Assembly: GCA_013265495.1 (NCBI GenBank)
Contig: MU057713.1
Span: 66,757-122,910 of the forward strand
Direction: 5' to 3'
Origin: Vicugna vicugna
Taxonomy: Eukaryota
DNA length: 56,154 nucleotides
The number at the start of each line of letters is the position of its first letter. The stretch's first letter is position 1. Under the pieces are notes generated by a model. The model had not been told where the DNA came from and did not search any database. It worked only from the letters and a program-made list of their open reading frames with translations. Both the position numbers and the translations under genes were made by a program. Shown here in pieces: positions 1 to 13,390 of this stretch.

Positions 1-5
1 CTCAC

Positions 6-198
6 CAACCAATGAAGCTCACAAAATTCTTGTACATGTTTGGATTTTTTCTTTACCTCCTGAACTCGAGTCTCCCTTAGGAAACAGTGGGGATTAGGGC
101 CCGGAGGGATCCTGTGATACACATGGTGGTATAAATGACCACTAAAAAGTCGATATTCCCATGTAAATATTTGAGCCCAAAGGTACAAGCTTAAAACT
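6..198 (-). other. Candidate spliced exon C (193 nt; alternative donor would give 57-198) of an unidentified minus-strand transcript
   Basis: Minus strand: long T tract + AG acceptor (199-217), donor TTG|gtgag at 1-5, alternative GAG|gtaaag at 51-56. One frame is fully open: VLSLYLWAQIFTWEYRLFSGHLYHHVYHRIPPGPNPHCFLRETRVQEVKKKSKHVQEFCELHWL. Product not recognised. Confidence 0.45.
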
Positions 199-1759
199 CT
201 AAAAAAAAAAAAAAAAAGTTAGGTTGCAAAGATTTTTCTCTATCTTTTGCTATTTGATCAGGTTTCAAGTGCTTCTGTAATTCAGGGACTATTTAGAAGA
301 GGTTTTAACTAAAGTTGACATCTTATATAATGCAGTATTTATGAGCTTAGGTGAGGTAAATACATTTGTTTTCTATTTATTCAAGATGTGTAGCAAAGAC
401 TTGAAACCTGTTTCCCCTAGGAACATTCCAAAGAGTTCTTTTATTTCCTGATGATGAAGAACACAGCTGACATTTATATATTTTTTTTTCTGGGAGGTTC
501 CAGAATTTAATCTTAAAGCTTGAGGAAAAGATTTATTCATGGAGAATTTATGCAGAAAATGATTTACGTATTTAGTTCTCAATATACTTTTACATCAAAG
601 GGTCAATAAGCTGTTTGAAAACCACTTACATAAAACGCTGCCTACAGATCACTAACTACCTGATGGACAGACAGCCCAAGGCAAGAAGTTTGAAGGGTCT
701 GGAGCCCACAGAAGATCAAATAGAAATACGAAAACAAAGCTATAAAGGGATATCGTAAGGAATACAGAAATTAGTATTCATTTCACATGGAATTGTTGAA
801 TAATGCTTCCCTATGTTGGCTAAGACAAGTTCACATGAATAGGCTTTGCTCTCCTGTGTCTAATTATCCATGACAGAATCAAGTCTATTTCCAATAATAA
901 ACTTAAGAGCTTGTGACAATTCCTCTTGTATCCTACCAGTGTACGTAGACAGTTATCAGACTCTATTTTAAGAATTGGCTTGCTCTACTAAGATGAGGAT
1001 TTCTTGAATTTGTAAAAGAGTAGGTATTCAATAAACATTTGTTGAATAGAAATTAATGAACACTAAGGATATGTCAGACAGGAAGCTAACAAAGTCTTCT
1101 TCACTTCCTGTACCAGACACGGTATTACTTACTTCATTAACAGAAAATCATTTCAGCAAAGGGAAGTGGGCAAGAGGATTTACTCTTTAAACTAGTAGAG
1201 CAAGAGGTGGTTAGTACTTTAAATTATTTTAAATTTAATTCATTTGGATTCTTAAGTCCTAAGACAAAATCATCAACAAGACCTCACTAAATACAGAAGA
1301 ATTCAGCACCCTCTATTTAATTTTTTAGAGAAAATTCAATGTTATTAAGAAGGGACAGAAGCATGTCCTTTTAATATTTATGTAGATTAATGTTTCATTT
1401 CAAGGCTTTTATTAATAGTTCATTTAGTCAGAGGAGATCATGATAGTGGTATTTTTACTTAATAATCTAAGACAAACTTTAGATCATGCATAAATGGAAG
1501 AGTAAATGGAAGTCAGAGGCTTATAAAGATAGCATGGCCACTTCATGAAAGCAGTACACTGGTGTCATCAAGGCTTGCTTTCGGGGTCATGCTTTTTCTC
1601 CTTTGAGACTGAAGCCTTTCTGGGAAAGGGAGAGAAAACAGGAGAGAAGGAAAGGTCATAATTTAATTCTTTTGGGGGAGTTTGGAAATAAGCTCACCTT
1701 ATACAGAAAGAAAGGGAAGTGAAGAGGGGAAAGGACATTGAGTAAGGGACCTAAGAGAC

Positions 1760-1825
1760 TGTCTTAGTTAGTGTGGGCTGCTATAACAAAAAGACCATAG
1801 ACAACAAACATTTCTTATTCATAAA
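1760..1825 (-). mobile_element. MaLR (MLT1-like) LTR end fragment
   Basis: tgtcttagttagtgtgggctgctataacaaaaagaccataga resembles the reverse-complemented MLT1 3' terminus. Confidence 0.55.
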
Positions 1826-1829
1826 CTGA

Positions 1830-3470
1830 AAACATGATTTTGATAAACACAGAACAAGCAATTGATAAAAGATATCTATGGAAAACCCACAGTTACCTTG
1901 CAGAATTACGAGTGACTAATATTTTCTCCCTAAAATCAGAAGCAAGACAAAGATGTCCACTCTCACCACTTCTATTAACATTTTACCAAAAGTTCTGAAT
2001 AGTTCAATCACATAAGATAAAGATATTAAAAGCATCCAGGTTGGAAAGGAAGAAGTAAAGCTGTGTTTTCATGATCATCTGTATAGAAAACCCTATAGAA
2101 TCCACCAGAAAGATACTGGAACTCAGTGAGTTCAGCAAGGTTGCAGGACACAGCATTAATATACAAAAATAAATTGCATTTCTATATATGAACAACAATT
2201 GGAAATTGAAAAACACTTTAATAGCATCAAAAATTATTAAGTATTTTAGGGATAAATGTGAGAAAAGCCGTGCAAGACATATACACTGAAAATTACAAAA
2301 CACTGAGGAAAGAAACTAAGAAAGATCTAAATCAACAGAGAGAGAATATCTTGCTCAAGAGTCAAAACACTTAGCATTGTTAAGATGTCCATTCACAAGC
2401 ATATTAATCTTTAACTTTAATGTAATCCTAATGGATACCAAAAACCTAGCAGGAGATTTGGTAGAATTTTACAAACAGCATCTAAAATCACTACAGAAAT
2501 ATAAAGGATCTAGAATATCCAAAATAACTTTGAAAAGGAAAAACAAAGTTAGACACTAATACTTTCTTGTGTCAAAATTGATTATGAAGCTAGGATAATC
2601 AAGACTACATAGTCCTGACATGAAGGCAGAAACACGGATGAGTGGAACAAAGAATCCAGAAAGAGACCCACACCTACAGGGACAACTGATTTTCAACAAA
2701 AATGCAAGGGCAATTTAGGGGAGAAAAGATAACTCTTTCAACAAATGGTGCTGAGAAAATCATCTAAACATATGCAAAAGGAACACTTCAATAACAAAAA
2801 ACATAAGACAGGTGGCAAGTATGTGTATAAAAGGATGCCAAACATCAGTAGTCATCCGGAAAATAAAAACAAAACCACAATGACGTATTCTCACACATCT
2901 ATTAGAACTGCTAAAATTGAGAAGACTGACTAACCTGAGTGTTGGTGATAATGTGATGGAAATGGAAGAGCAAGAAGTCGCATACACCCCTAGTGGGACT
3001 GTAAAATGGAACAACTACTTAAACAAGTAGTTTGACAATTTCTTACAGTGCCAGATACACCATATGACCAAGTCACTACTCCTAATGCTTTCCCAAAAGA
3101 AATAAGTGTCTGTCTGTATAAAGTCTTGTAGATAAATGTTTATAGCAGATACACACATATATACTCATCAAAAACTTAAAATAGCCCAAATAGCCATCAA
3201 CAGATGAAAGGATAAAAAATTGTGGTCCAACCACACAACATAATGCTACTAAGTAATAAAAAGCAATGAACTATTGATACAAGCAACAACATGGATGCTT
3301 CTCAAATAATTATGCTGAAAGAAAGAAGCCAGATTTAAAGAGTGTATGTTATAGAATTCCATTTATATAAATTTCTAGAAAAATTGAAACTAATTTAGAA
3401 TGACAGGAAGCAGATTCATGGTTACCTGGGAGTTGGGAGCTAGGATGAACTGGGAAGGGGCAGAAAGGCA
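1830..3470 (+). mobile_element. Old LINE-1 (L1M-type) ORF2 RT/C-terminal region and 3'UTR, decayed
   Basis: ctccctaaaatcagaagcaagacaaagatgtccactctcaccacttctattaac corresponds to the ORF2 motif PLxSGTRQGCPLSPLLFN. Further ORF2-like and 3'UTR-like sequence follows, with many stops and indels. Confidence 0.9.
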
Positions 3471-3839
3471 AGATTTTTACAAAGAAGAAAGCAAGGGGAA
3501 AATGGCATTATTCTGTTCATCTAAGAAGGAAACTTCTTCCAATGGGAAAAATCAAGAGACTGCAATGAGACTTGAAAGGCAGTATTATTAAAATTGTGCT
3601 TTGACATGAAGAGTCCTGAGTGTTTAGCAGTTTAAGTCCAGCTACTGTCTTTGTGATGAACAGATGACAAAATTCACTTATCATCATACCTGTCATAAAT
3701 GCAGCTCTGAACAGTTTTGTGAAGCATCCTCTTGTTCCCAGATTATGAGAAATGACGGGGAGTCTTTCTGAATCTAACATTTTCTGACTGCACAGTTTAA
3801 CATAAATATCAATGCAGAAACATATCTAACAACCAGAAA

Positions 3840-4178
3840 ATGGCACAGGTAAAGTGGACCTACTTCACTGAACATCTTTCCAACAGCTATTATGAAACTC
3901 TCAGACTGCTCGTTCAAAAGGGAGCAGTTGTGAATTCACAAGAGTAATTCTCGGTAAGTGTTTACCACACAGGTGTTAGGCCGGCTACCTTGGAAGAGCT
4001 GATTCCACTGAGCAATCAACCTGTTCAGTCCAGGTGGGTGTAGGATGGTGCGCAGAGCTCACACCGCACCACGCATCCACAGTGTCTCCAGTAGCCTTTG
4101 AAGTGTGGCTAATGAGTGGTTTGCCACAGCCACACTGCTGAGCACGGCCCACTGCACAAGGCTGAAGGGAAAACTCCT
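3840..4178 (+). pseudogene. Possible decayed ankyrin-repeat coding relic
   Basis: Frame from 3840 reads KWTYFTEHLSNSYYETLRLLVQKGAVVNSQE*FSVSVYHTGVRPATLEELIPL, in 33-aa register with the ankyrin consensus. Later fragments ELTPHHA and GPLHKAEGKTP. Confidence 0.4.
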
Positions 4179-4782
4179 AACCCCTCAGGTTGCTTGCCAG
4201 CCACCAGCAACAGCCATCTGTCAAGGAGGACTTCTCCTCTTTGGGAAAAAAAAAATCAAGGAAAACTAACAAGTAAGCATTCTCCAGAGAGTTATGCACT
4301 AATGACCCAGCAAAATTAAGCCTCAAAATGTGCCAAGATGCTGCCCGTGAGCTGCACTGGACAGTTGGATGGATTTATAGCTGCTGATTCAGGAAAAGGT
4401 TTATATGCATTACACGGCAAATTAGTCTAGACTCAGCTGGGCACAAAAAACTGTTAAAAAAAATAACATAAAACCACAGATGGAGTACTTCATGTAGAAA
4501 CACTAGGACCTGGCCAGTTTTCAGTCATCTGACTTCAGCCTCCTCGATTTACAGGGAGGCATTTTATTCAGCCAGTGTTTCAGCACTGGTGAGAGCATGT
4601 GTCTCTAAATGGGAGATCTTGTCTTCCATAAAGTCAAGACCCCTCCATGGCCGCAGAAACAGATAAAGCATTATTGTCAATGCTTCAGTTAAAGCTGCAG
4701 GCACGTGCTGGATACAGGTCCCCTGGACTTGTTGATGCAAGAGTTTGCTGCCTGTCAATTAGACTTTCTCCCATCTGAAATG

Positions 4783-5159
4783 TGTGTCTTTTAATTTTTG
4801 ACTATCAACTACAATAAGAAATAGATTTTATATCATGATCCAGTACACCATACATACAGAGGTAGTTTTCCAAATATTTAATAACCAGTGTGTCATAGGC
4901 ATCAATCAATCAAAATACGGCATTAACAAAGAGGCCAAGACATCCACCGTAAACAATCCATTACCACCATACCAACACCAACTGGCTAAATTATCATCAA
5001 ACAAAAGTCTGAACAATACTTAATCTTACTATGAGTTTCATTCATATGTTTTACTCTGTTCTCGTCTCTTTCTTTTGTTTGTTTAAATGCTGATCATGAC
5101 CTACAAAATTGCTTTCATGATCAACTAATGCATCGTGGTTTGCAGTTTGGAAAACACTG
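4783..5159. mobile_element. hAT-Charlie DNA transposon relic (Charlie4-like)
   Basis: Left part ...aataagaaatagattttatatcatgatccagtacac; right end ...tttaaatgctgatcatgacc...gcagtttggaaaacactg, a typical Charlie terminus. Confidence 0.65.
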
Positions 5160-5179
5160 CCCTTGACAATGTGATTATT

Positions 5180-5440
5180 ATTTTTTCTTATTGTGAAAAA
5201 TTTACCTAACACAAAATTTACAAGTTTAGCAATTTTTAAGTGGAGAGTTCAGTGGTATTAATTGCCTTCACATTATTGTGCAACCATCACCGCCATTTAC
5301 CTCCACAACTTCTTCATCTTCCCAAACTGAAATTTTGTACCCATTAAACACTACTTCCGCGTCCCCTTTTCCCGCCAAATCCCTGGCAACCATCCTTCTA
5401 CTTTCTGTGCCTTCGAGTTTGACTACTCTAGGTACCTGTG
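5180..5440 (-). mobile_element. L1 3'UTR fragment (L1MB-like)
   Basis: cacattattgtgcaaccatcacc...ccctggcaaccatccttctactttctgt...ttgactactctaggtacct is a classic antisense L1MB 3' end. Confidence 0.85.
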
Positions 5441-6015
5441 GTTCATCTGTAAGGCATAGGAATAAGCAGACACTACAACCACCATCAAAGTGCAAAGTTC
5501 TCTCATACTACATATTATATTGTTGAAGGTCTTATAAAAAGATATTAAAGATCAGTGATACAGAGGTCTACTAGATACATGAGATATTTAAAGTGTTCTA
5601 TAGAATGTTATCTAAGATAACAGATTATATGATCTGGAAGGGGAAACATTCAGCATCACAAAATTTTATTCTCCATTTTCCCTTTACACGGCCAACTGCC
5701 AAGAGTTTGAACCCAGAAAGCAGCAGCATATCCCAGAATAACTTTCAGCAAGAAACAAAAGCGGATAAAAAACAAAGCTTCCTCCATCCTCAGTTCTACT
5801 GGATCTCTATATGACTTGTAGCAAATTTGCACATAAGGTAGTATCATTATCAAACATGGTAGTAAAATGGACTTTTCACTTTTAAGCTCACAGATGGATA
5901 GTAATACTTCGTGGACAGACAGCAGTATTACAGAGTCTGTCTGTGATTCTTACAGTATGTGTTTGTTTCTCTTTTTCTTCTTGTGAAAAATAACAACACT
6001 GTTTATAGTTCACTA

Positions 6016-6018
<3 letters not shown>

Positions 6019-6070
<52 letters not shown>
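6019..6070. repeat. (TTA)n microsatellite, about 17 perfect units
   Basis: Directly visible. Confidence 0.98.
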
Positions 6071-6072
<2 letters not shown>

Positions 6073-6999
6073 CATAACAACTTTTAGGAAGAAGTCACAC
6101 AATAAGTGTTATCAAAAATTTAGGCTTGGTCATTAAGGATGTTGGTCCTATCTTGGGATCACATTTTGACAGTTCTGAGAGGTGCCTGTGTGAGAACTGA
6201 GGCAAAGGATAGAAGCCCTTCCTAGAAGGCAAAGGAACCAAAGCCTTCCTGCGGAAGGACGAGTATCGAAGACTCACCATAAACCTATAAGGTGAACAAT
6301 CAGAAAATACACTCGTATCTGCAGTTTAGAGGTAAAAAACCAAGGATACCGAAGGGAAAGTGATTTAGCCAAGTGGTGGAATCTGGACAAATAGAAATGG
6401 TTTGGGGTTTCTAATACAATTCTCTTTTTCTCTGGGAAAACATTCATCTTTCTATTCCTTCTAGTTTAAGACTGCATAAAATCAAGTAAAATACATTGCT
6501 CACAAATAAATATTATCATTTGTAATGGTAAGTAATGGATATCTTTCTATAAATGATCACTGAGAAGATATCATAGAATTAATTTAAATGGCATTAAAAA
6601 GCAGAACATCTTTGAGGTAATAAAATTAGTGATCAGAAGATAATGGAGTTAGCCACAGTCATAAATAATCCATCGATCATCTTTCTATGTGGCAGATGTA
6701 ACAGAAGTCACCTTTCCCTATGATGTCTCTTTTAATCTTTACCACAACCCTAGGAAGTTGGTAACATTCTGGTCTGGGAACTCAGTATTCAAATTTAAAA
6801 CTCGCTGAAGAAGGAACCTGCATAATTGGAACCTTGCTTTCAGAAGGTAAATTTGACATCTTTATGCAATTTATATTTATTAGGAAGAAGCTGCAGGTGA
6901 GAAACCTTGATTCAATAACTGAAATGAGGAAAACACGAGAGGACTTTATTTGGACACGTTGAACTACTGGGAACAGCCCCATATTGAGGGAGAAATTCA

Positions 7000-7320
7000 T
7001 GAAGCACTTGGTTGGAAATACGGGAACTTGACTGGCCTGCGAAATGAGCTGGGAGGTCTTGCTCCAGTGGTGAAATCTGTGAAGTTTTAAGAGGACAGAG
7101 GGCTTAAGTGAGGCAGAATTTTAGAGAGGAGACAGAGCAGCAAAGAGAAGGAATGTTTAGAGATACAGCAGAACCAGGATAATGCCAACTAGAGACAGAA
7201 ATGAAGACAGATTCGAGAAGAAGGTTGTAGGCACCTGTGTCAAATACTTTAGAAAGGCTAAGGAGGACCCTTAGGGAGCAGCGTCCTTTGCTGACCTTCA
7301 AGAGAGCACTTGCAAGCCAC
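7000..7320 (-). mobile_element. LINE-2 fragment (RT region)
   Basis: Minus translation LLSLSKVFDTGAYNLLLES resembles the L2 RT motif LLDLSAAFDTVDHSLLLE. Confidence 0.75.
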
Positions 7321-8364
7321 AGGGTCAGAAACAGACTCCACACGGAGCAAAAGAGATAAAAGTTAATGAGATGCCATTTATCTTCCTCAGTGTAAGACAC
7401 TGTAAGCCAGCAAGGATCACTGCAGTGCAATGTCAGTTATGAAGAATGCCTCAAAGGAATCCACTGGGCTACGTACTTTCAGTGTCAGAGCGCCATGTGT
7501 GCGTTGTTCTGTTCCACAAGCACTGTAACTTGAAACTCCCAGCATCTTTTAAAAGCTCTTTTGAACTTTGAACAGCAACCTATTCCATTTATTAAGAACG
7601 GACAGCACAAATAAAATAACTATTTAATATTTTCCTTCCTGTGGAATACAGATCTAACCAATACTTTTATCCATGGAGTACAAATGATAAACAAGACAAA
7701 CAAATTGACAAGAATCAAAGATACATTAAGTGACTGGAAGACTTACTAGGGAGCATGGCTGTGTATTCAGCCCTAAAGCCCGAAGTTCTGTTAGTTCAAA
7801 GTCTCTGACCAGGGAGAAACTGCCTTAGAGCTGTGACTCTATCGTGCAATGGGATAGAAAGTACAAAATCAGAGTCACTGACGGCAAAGTTATAAAATTC
7901 ACTCTCAAGTAACACAAAACCATGTCTGATTTTATCTGGAGTGGATTTGTCAGATTCTGCAACCAATTTTGTCCCAAATTAAAGCATCAGTGTTCTCTTC
8001 TTTCTACATATACTAAATAAAACCTTTCTATGATTAAAAGCAACAAACTGTGTCAGTAATTGTACATCTTATGGATAATACAATTAATCTAAATCCTCTT
8101 ATGCAAGTGTTGTCAACCCCATACTGGCATAAATACATGAATTGAACATAAATAAAATGATTTTTTTCTAAGATTTTACTCAATATTCTAATATATTACT
8201 ATAGTTTACTGATTTATTAAGTATTTTTGTTAATTTTTTCAAGCTGAAGCATATAGTAACTTCTTTCTTCATAACTAGCTAAATGAGTTCTTAATAGATG
8301 TGTTATTATGAACCACTGAAATGACAAAAATTATAGTACATATTCCAGAATAAGAACAATCATG

Positions 8365-8520
8365 ATAGCTAAGATTTACACATCACTCCCTATGTGCCAA
8401 GTGTAATTATATTTATCTTGCATATATTAACTCTAAATACTCAGAACAAGAAACGTATTATTAAACTCATTATTGTTCACTCAGCAAGTTAACGAAGAAA
8501 GATGGTATTGAACTCAGTCC
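8365..8520 (-). mobile_element. MIR fragment
   Basis: atagctaagatttac...ctatgtgccaag...catatattaactc resembles the antisense MIR 3' part. Confidence 0.55.
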
Positions 8521-9179
8521 ATTTGTTCAAAATGTCCCACTCAAAACACTCAACATCTTCAAAGGACAAGATGAATTCTTCTGCGACCTGGATTAACAGT
8601 CCACAGTTTCCCATTCAAGTCAAAACTGGAATGTAATGGCTTTGCCTACTTTAAATGAAAAAACGCATGACTGATACTTCTCTTTTATAAGCCTTCGCTA
8701 TTTAACAAGTGTCCAATTCACCATTAATGTTGCTAACACAGGAGATATTATGTCCATCTTCAAATACATTTGTCACTAATCATAAGCATTCACCAGCGTA
8801 TCTGTCAAGAACTTGCTATAAGCAAAGCCATGTGGTTTGCGCTGCCCCCTTCTCACAATCTCAGGTTCAGAGAGACCTGCATGAGCTCAGCAGGCACGCG
8901 CCTTGATCTTCTCCAAGAGACGAAGACAGGAGAGGGGCACTTCAGCTAGTTCCTACTTATTAACATGTGCTCATGCACCCAGGAAACAGATTAGGTCAAG
9001 TCTGGGGCAGAGAATTGAGTCAGGAACTGCATTTTGTATGACAATGATCCTAGTGTCATTTACATAATGTGTCTGGGCCAACGTTGGTGAGCCAAGTTAA
9101 GTTTCTACGAAACAAGCTCCTAAAGTACGTATGTTGTGGAATCATTATTCCTAGGAATTCTTTTAAAAATTTATAAATT

Positions 9180-9370
9180 CTAACACCTTTGAAGCACTTT
9201 CTAGGTCCCATTCCTCTAAATGCTTTATGCCCATTGTTTCATTGAAACCTTACACGAACCCTTTGCATCTATTATTATTCCTACTTTTCAAGTGAGAAAA
9301 TTGAGGCATATACAAATTAAGTAACTACCTAAGATCATACAGCTCATAACTGATAGAATCAAGACCCAAA
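9180..9370 (-). mobile_element. MIR
   Basis: attattattcctacttttcaagtgagaaaattgaggcata...aagtaactacctaagatcatacagct, antisense MIR core. Confidence 0.85.
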
Positions 9371-10984
9371 TTAACAAAACTTCAAAATTCAAATGGTCTT
9401 TGGAAAGTTACCTCTGCCATACCCACAGCATTCCTATTGCTACATGAAGGTGACCTGACATTGTAAACCAGCCAGCAGGACAAGCACAGCTACACACATT
9501 CGTACGGGACCAGGTAAGCTTGAAAGAGTAATCGGCACACGGCATGAATGCTAGCTCAGATTATTACTTGTACAAAATTAACAATGCTATTTTTATCTAT
9601 CCATAACGGGGCACATATATTAATGCATAATAGATATATATTATGATCAAAATTTTATTTGAAAGATGATTTACTAATTTAATTTAAAATAAATAGTGCC
9701 TGAAGAAATAAAATAAGTAGAATGAAGGCAAAACTCTTTCTAATATATAACATTTGGTTGCAATATGTAGCCACTAAATAAAAAAAGAAATGATCATTTC
9801 TCAAAATCCATTAGCAGTTCCAAGAAGTGGCATTTTACAACAGCTGAGATCCATAGCACATACTGGTGAAATTTCTACACTTTACCTCATTCATCACTGT
9901 ATGTGGAAACATCCCATTTTAATTCAAAAGCTCAAACTTCAATGAATAGTAAGATTACATATTACTAAATTTAGAATAATGTATTTATATATATATTTTA
10001 AACAAACAAGCACATAATGTGCATTTCAAATTTTCACCAAATGAATATTTTAAAAATCTTTTGTTTATACCTAAATATTAAATATTGTTTAATATTGAAT
10101 ATTGTGGTGGAGACGATCATGGCAATTTCACGATGATGTTAGGCAATTCCCTTGTGCAGGATATGTCCATCAAGATGCTTAGGCAATGTTTTTTTTAATT
10201 TCCAGAATGAATACATACTTACAGAAATAAGGAACTATATTCACTAGAATGTGCAAATGGTCTACGTATTTAATTTTACCTCTTGAAAGTGCAGAGATAC
10301 GAAGAAGCAGAACTCAGTATGTTTTTAATATGATAATAACCTATTCATAGACCCCAGAGCTGAGATGGGATTTACCCTAAATTTTGGATGGTTTCATCTC
10401 AAAGGAATGAACAAATTAAAATATTAAATTGCTTATTGTTATGCACTCAGCAATATACAGCACCAACTACAAACATACGTAAGAGACAGTCTCTCCAACC
10501 AAAACACAGAGAAAAGGCGGTAACGACCATCAACATGATTACTGAGGTGTAAGGGGCAAAAATGATGGCCGGTTTCCCCAATACTGTGTTGTATTTTTGA
10601 AAGAAAAACGTATGAGTTTTATTTTGGTATTTTAACCTCTCTGTGTAAATGTTTATCACTTAGAGAAAAAAGTGGTAAATAGTTGTATGTGTGTGCAGTC
10701 CCCATCTAATGGGGAATAGCGACCCCACGGGAAAACTAACCTTAAAGGAGGATTAGAGTTTAGGTAACCTGAGAAGCAAAGCACTGTATGAGAGCGTGGA
10801 GGCAGAAACGAGAGGACAGGACATGCTGTTGGGCAGGAAATTAAGATTGGATTGATGTTTCAAAAAGGCTTAAAGTTTAAGCAGCAGAGTTTAAATTTCC
10901 AGGATAAAAGCAACACTGAAGGATTATTGGTCTGGAAGGAGTAACGCAAGATGGGTCATTGGAGGGAAAAACTGGAATCAGTGA

Positions 10985-11082
10985 ATCAGTGCTGTTCACC
11001 GTAGCGTCTCATCCTCACACAGTGCCTGCAGCACAATAGGCAATCAGAAAATGTTTACTGAATGAAGGCATCAATGAATGAT
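10985..11082 (+). mobile_element. LINE-2 3' end
   Basis: tgttcaccg...cacagtgcctgcagcacaataggcaatcagaaaatgtttactgaatgaa. Confidence 0.7.
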
Positions 11083-11244
11083 CCGTGATATCAAAGCAGA
11101 AAGGGGGTCTGGCAAAGACATCTAGAAATGGTGGTTACAGGAAATAGGTGAATCACAAACGACACCCGAGCTTGGAGCTATGTGAAAGCACATCGTCTGA
11201 AGGCGCCTGTGTGCAAGTCCACACGTGTGGAGAGGCAGAGAGCA

Positions 11245-11500
11245 CAGGGCTCGGCGAGCAGCCTCAAAGTCAGGCTGCCTTCATCATATCGCAGCCCTAA
11301 TGCCTCGTAGCTACACGTGGGCAAGTTCTTTCGCCACGTGAGCCTCAGTTTTCTCATATTTAAAATATTGGCAGTGATAGTACCTTCCTTCTCTTTAAGG
11401 TGGCATGAGAACAGCGCTTATAAGACTAGTTGGGATAATGTAAGTAAAGCACTTAGCAAATTGTCGTACACATAGTAAGCATCGATGAATGTTAGTTACC
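11245..11500 (+). mobile_element. MIR, near full length
   Basis: gggcaagtt...gagcctcagttttctcatatttaaaat...gtaaagcacttagcaaa...catagtaagcatcgatgaatgttag. Confidence 0.85.
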
Positions 11501-12625
11501 GCTCTTGAGGCTATTTATTTTCTTTCTCAATGAGCTACATTCACATGGAGACTGTTCCTCCAGATGTGGTTCAGGTATAGTTGACTGAGTCTCAGGGCAT
11601 TTGTCATAATAAAATTAGGCTATACAAGCTCTTTACTAAAAGAATAGCACAAGCACTGATTATTTATTGTCTAACTCATGATACTGACAAGAATCATGAT
11701 TAGAACAGTTTTTAATTGAAAAAAGAATTACTCCTACAACAGTTTCCAACTCACAACATTACCGGATTTTCTAACTAGTTTTATATCTTAATTTTTTTTA
11801 TACTCAGGGCAATCTAACTTTTACCTAAGGTTGAATGCAGAAAAGCTTACTGGGGGTAAGCTTGCAAGCCTACTTCACTCTATTGCCATCAACACAAATT
11901 ACCAAGCCCGTCTCAACTTTAATAACTCCCCCTCCACCAGGAGAAGGCCGATGGCAATACCTCTAAGCACAGGGGGCTGACTGAACTTGGTTAAGCTCCA
12001 GCATTTCCAGGCGGTGGTTTCCACGCAACTTCCCAATCCCACAATGCTTTCTGCAGACATAACAGACCACCTCTCCACATGTTAGACTCCTCCTGGAAAC
12101 CACATTTCCTCTCCCATCATCTTGACCATCTGATCAGAGACTTCCTTTGCATAAAATATAAATACAGATTTCCTGTTCCTCTCCTTTTACCATTTAAAGT
12201 TTATCCAAATATTGGTAAATGAATTCCATAATATTTATCCTCAAAATAAATCCTGTCCAATATTTTAAGAAATTCTGCCTCTGAATTTTAGTGTATCAAA
12301 TTTAAACCTAGCTTTCTAAAATTAATTCTACTCAATCTCTAAGTGGGGGATTAAGTGTTTGAAAAGAGGCATAATCATTACTTTGAGTTTCTTTAAAAAA
12401 AAGCATATGTAACTTCAGATTATAACTCTTGTGTCTTTAAGTGTAGACATTTTCACTTAAGCACATTTAAGGAGATTAAATGTAGCTTCAAAGGAAGATT
12501 AGAGGATCGAGAGGGCAGTGCTGGCAACCAAGAACAGATTAGAATTATTGCTTCTCATAATACGATTGCTGTTACTTTCAGGTGGCTGCTCTAATAACAT
12601 CTAAGCATCAATAAAGTTTAAATAA

Positions 12626-13042
12626 TGTGGTGGAAATAGCTTGTCACCTAATGAGCTGGCTGTCGCCCTTGTTCTCCTTTCCTTGTTTCAGAGTTGCTGC
12701 TGGCAAGTAGCTGCCCGGCTAGAGACTCTATTTCCCAGGTTCCCTTTTATCTACATTTCCCATGCTGTAGTCGAGGGAAGTCCTGGGGCTAAGAGTCTCC
12801 CACACAATCCTCAGTGGTGTTTCTCTCTTCCCCTATCAGCCAGCGGGAAGTGTTTGCTTAAGGTGACCTTGTAGGCCAGGTGTTGAAGAAAGCCGATTTT
12901 AGTCAGCCTGAGTTTCTGAAAGATCGGGTGAGAAGTAAGACCAACCTACCACTATTCCTGACATTGTCAAGTGGGTGGGAATAAACTTTTATTGTATCTA
13001 CCTATTAAGATTTGGTGGTTTAATTTTTATAGCAGCTAGAGT
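12626..13042 (+). mobile_element. ERVL/MaLR solo LTR (LTR16/MLT1-like)
   Basis: Starts tgtggtgg, internal atttcccagg, ends aataaacttttattgt...agatttggtggttt...tagcagctag. Confidence 0.7.
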
Positions 13043-13229
13043 AAATTTAGTCGATCTAGTCCAATTATTACTACATAGTAAAGGAAAATTGCATCAACAC
13101 CACATAACTTGCAGATAAATAAAAATAAATATTTCTCTGAAAGGGAGATTTCTAAATGGTAATGTCAAGAGATTAACACACTAGTAGCAGTAAATAATAA
13201 CACAAAATAAACATTCATTTTTTAAATTT

Positions 13230-13390
13230 TGTCTAACATTTATCATTGGCTTATGATGTGCCATTCTACATATAATATCACAATTAATTCTGAAAACCCT
13301 ACCATTAAAAAGTGTTAAAGCACAGAGATGCTAAATGACTTGCCCAAGACTGTACTGATATTAGTTGGTAGAGAGGGGATTTAAAATACC
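13230..13390 (-). mobile_element. MIR
   Basis: aagcacagagatgctaaatgacttgcccaagactgtac...ggtagagaggggatttaaa. Confidence 0.7.

Noticed and set aside
11881..11959. Perfect 10-bp inverted repeat tattgccatc...gatggcaata
   Set aside because: A single occurrence with no TSD or internal structure; plausible by chance in 56 kb.
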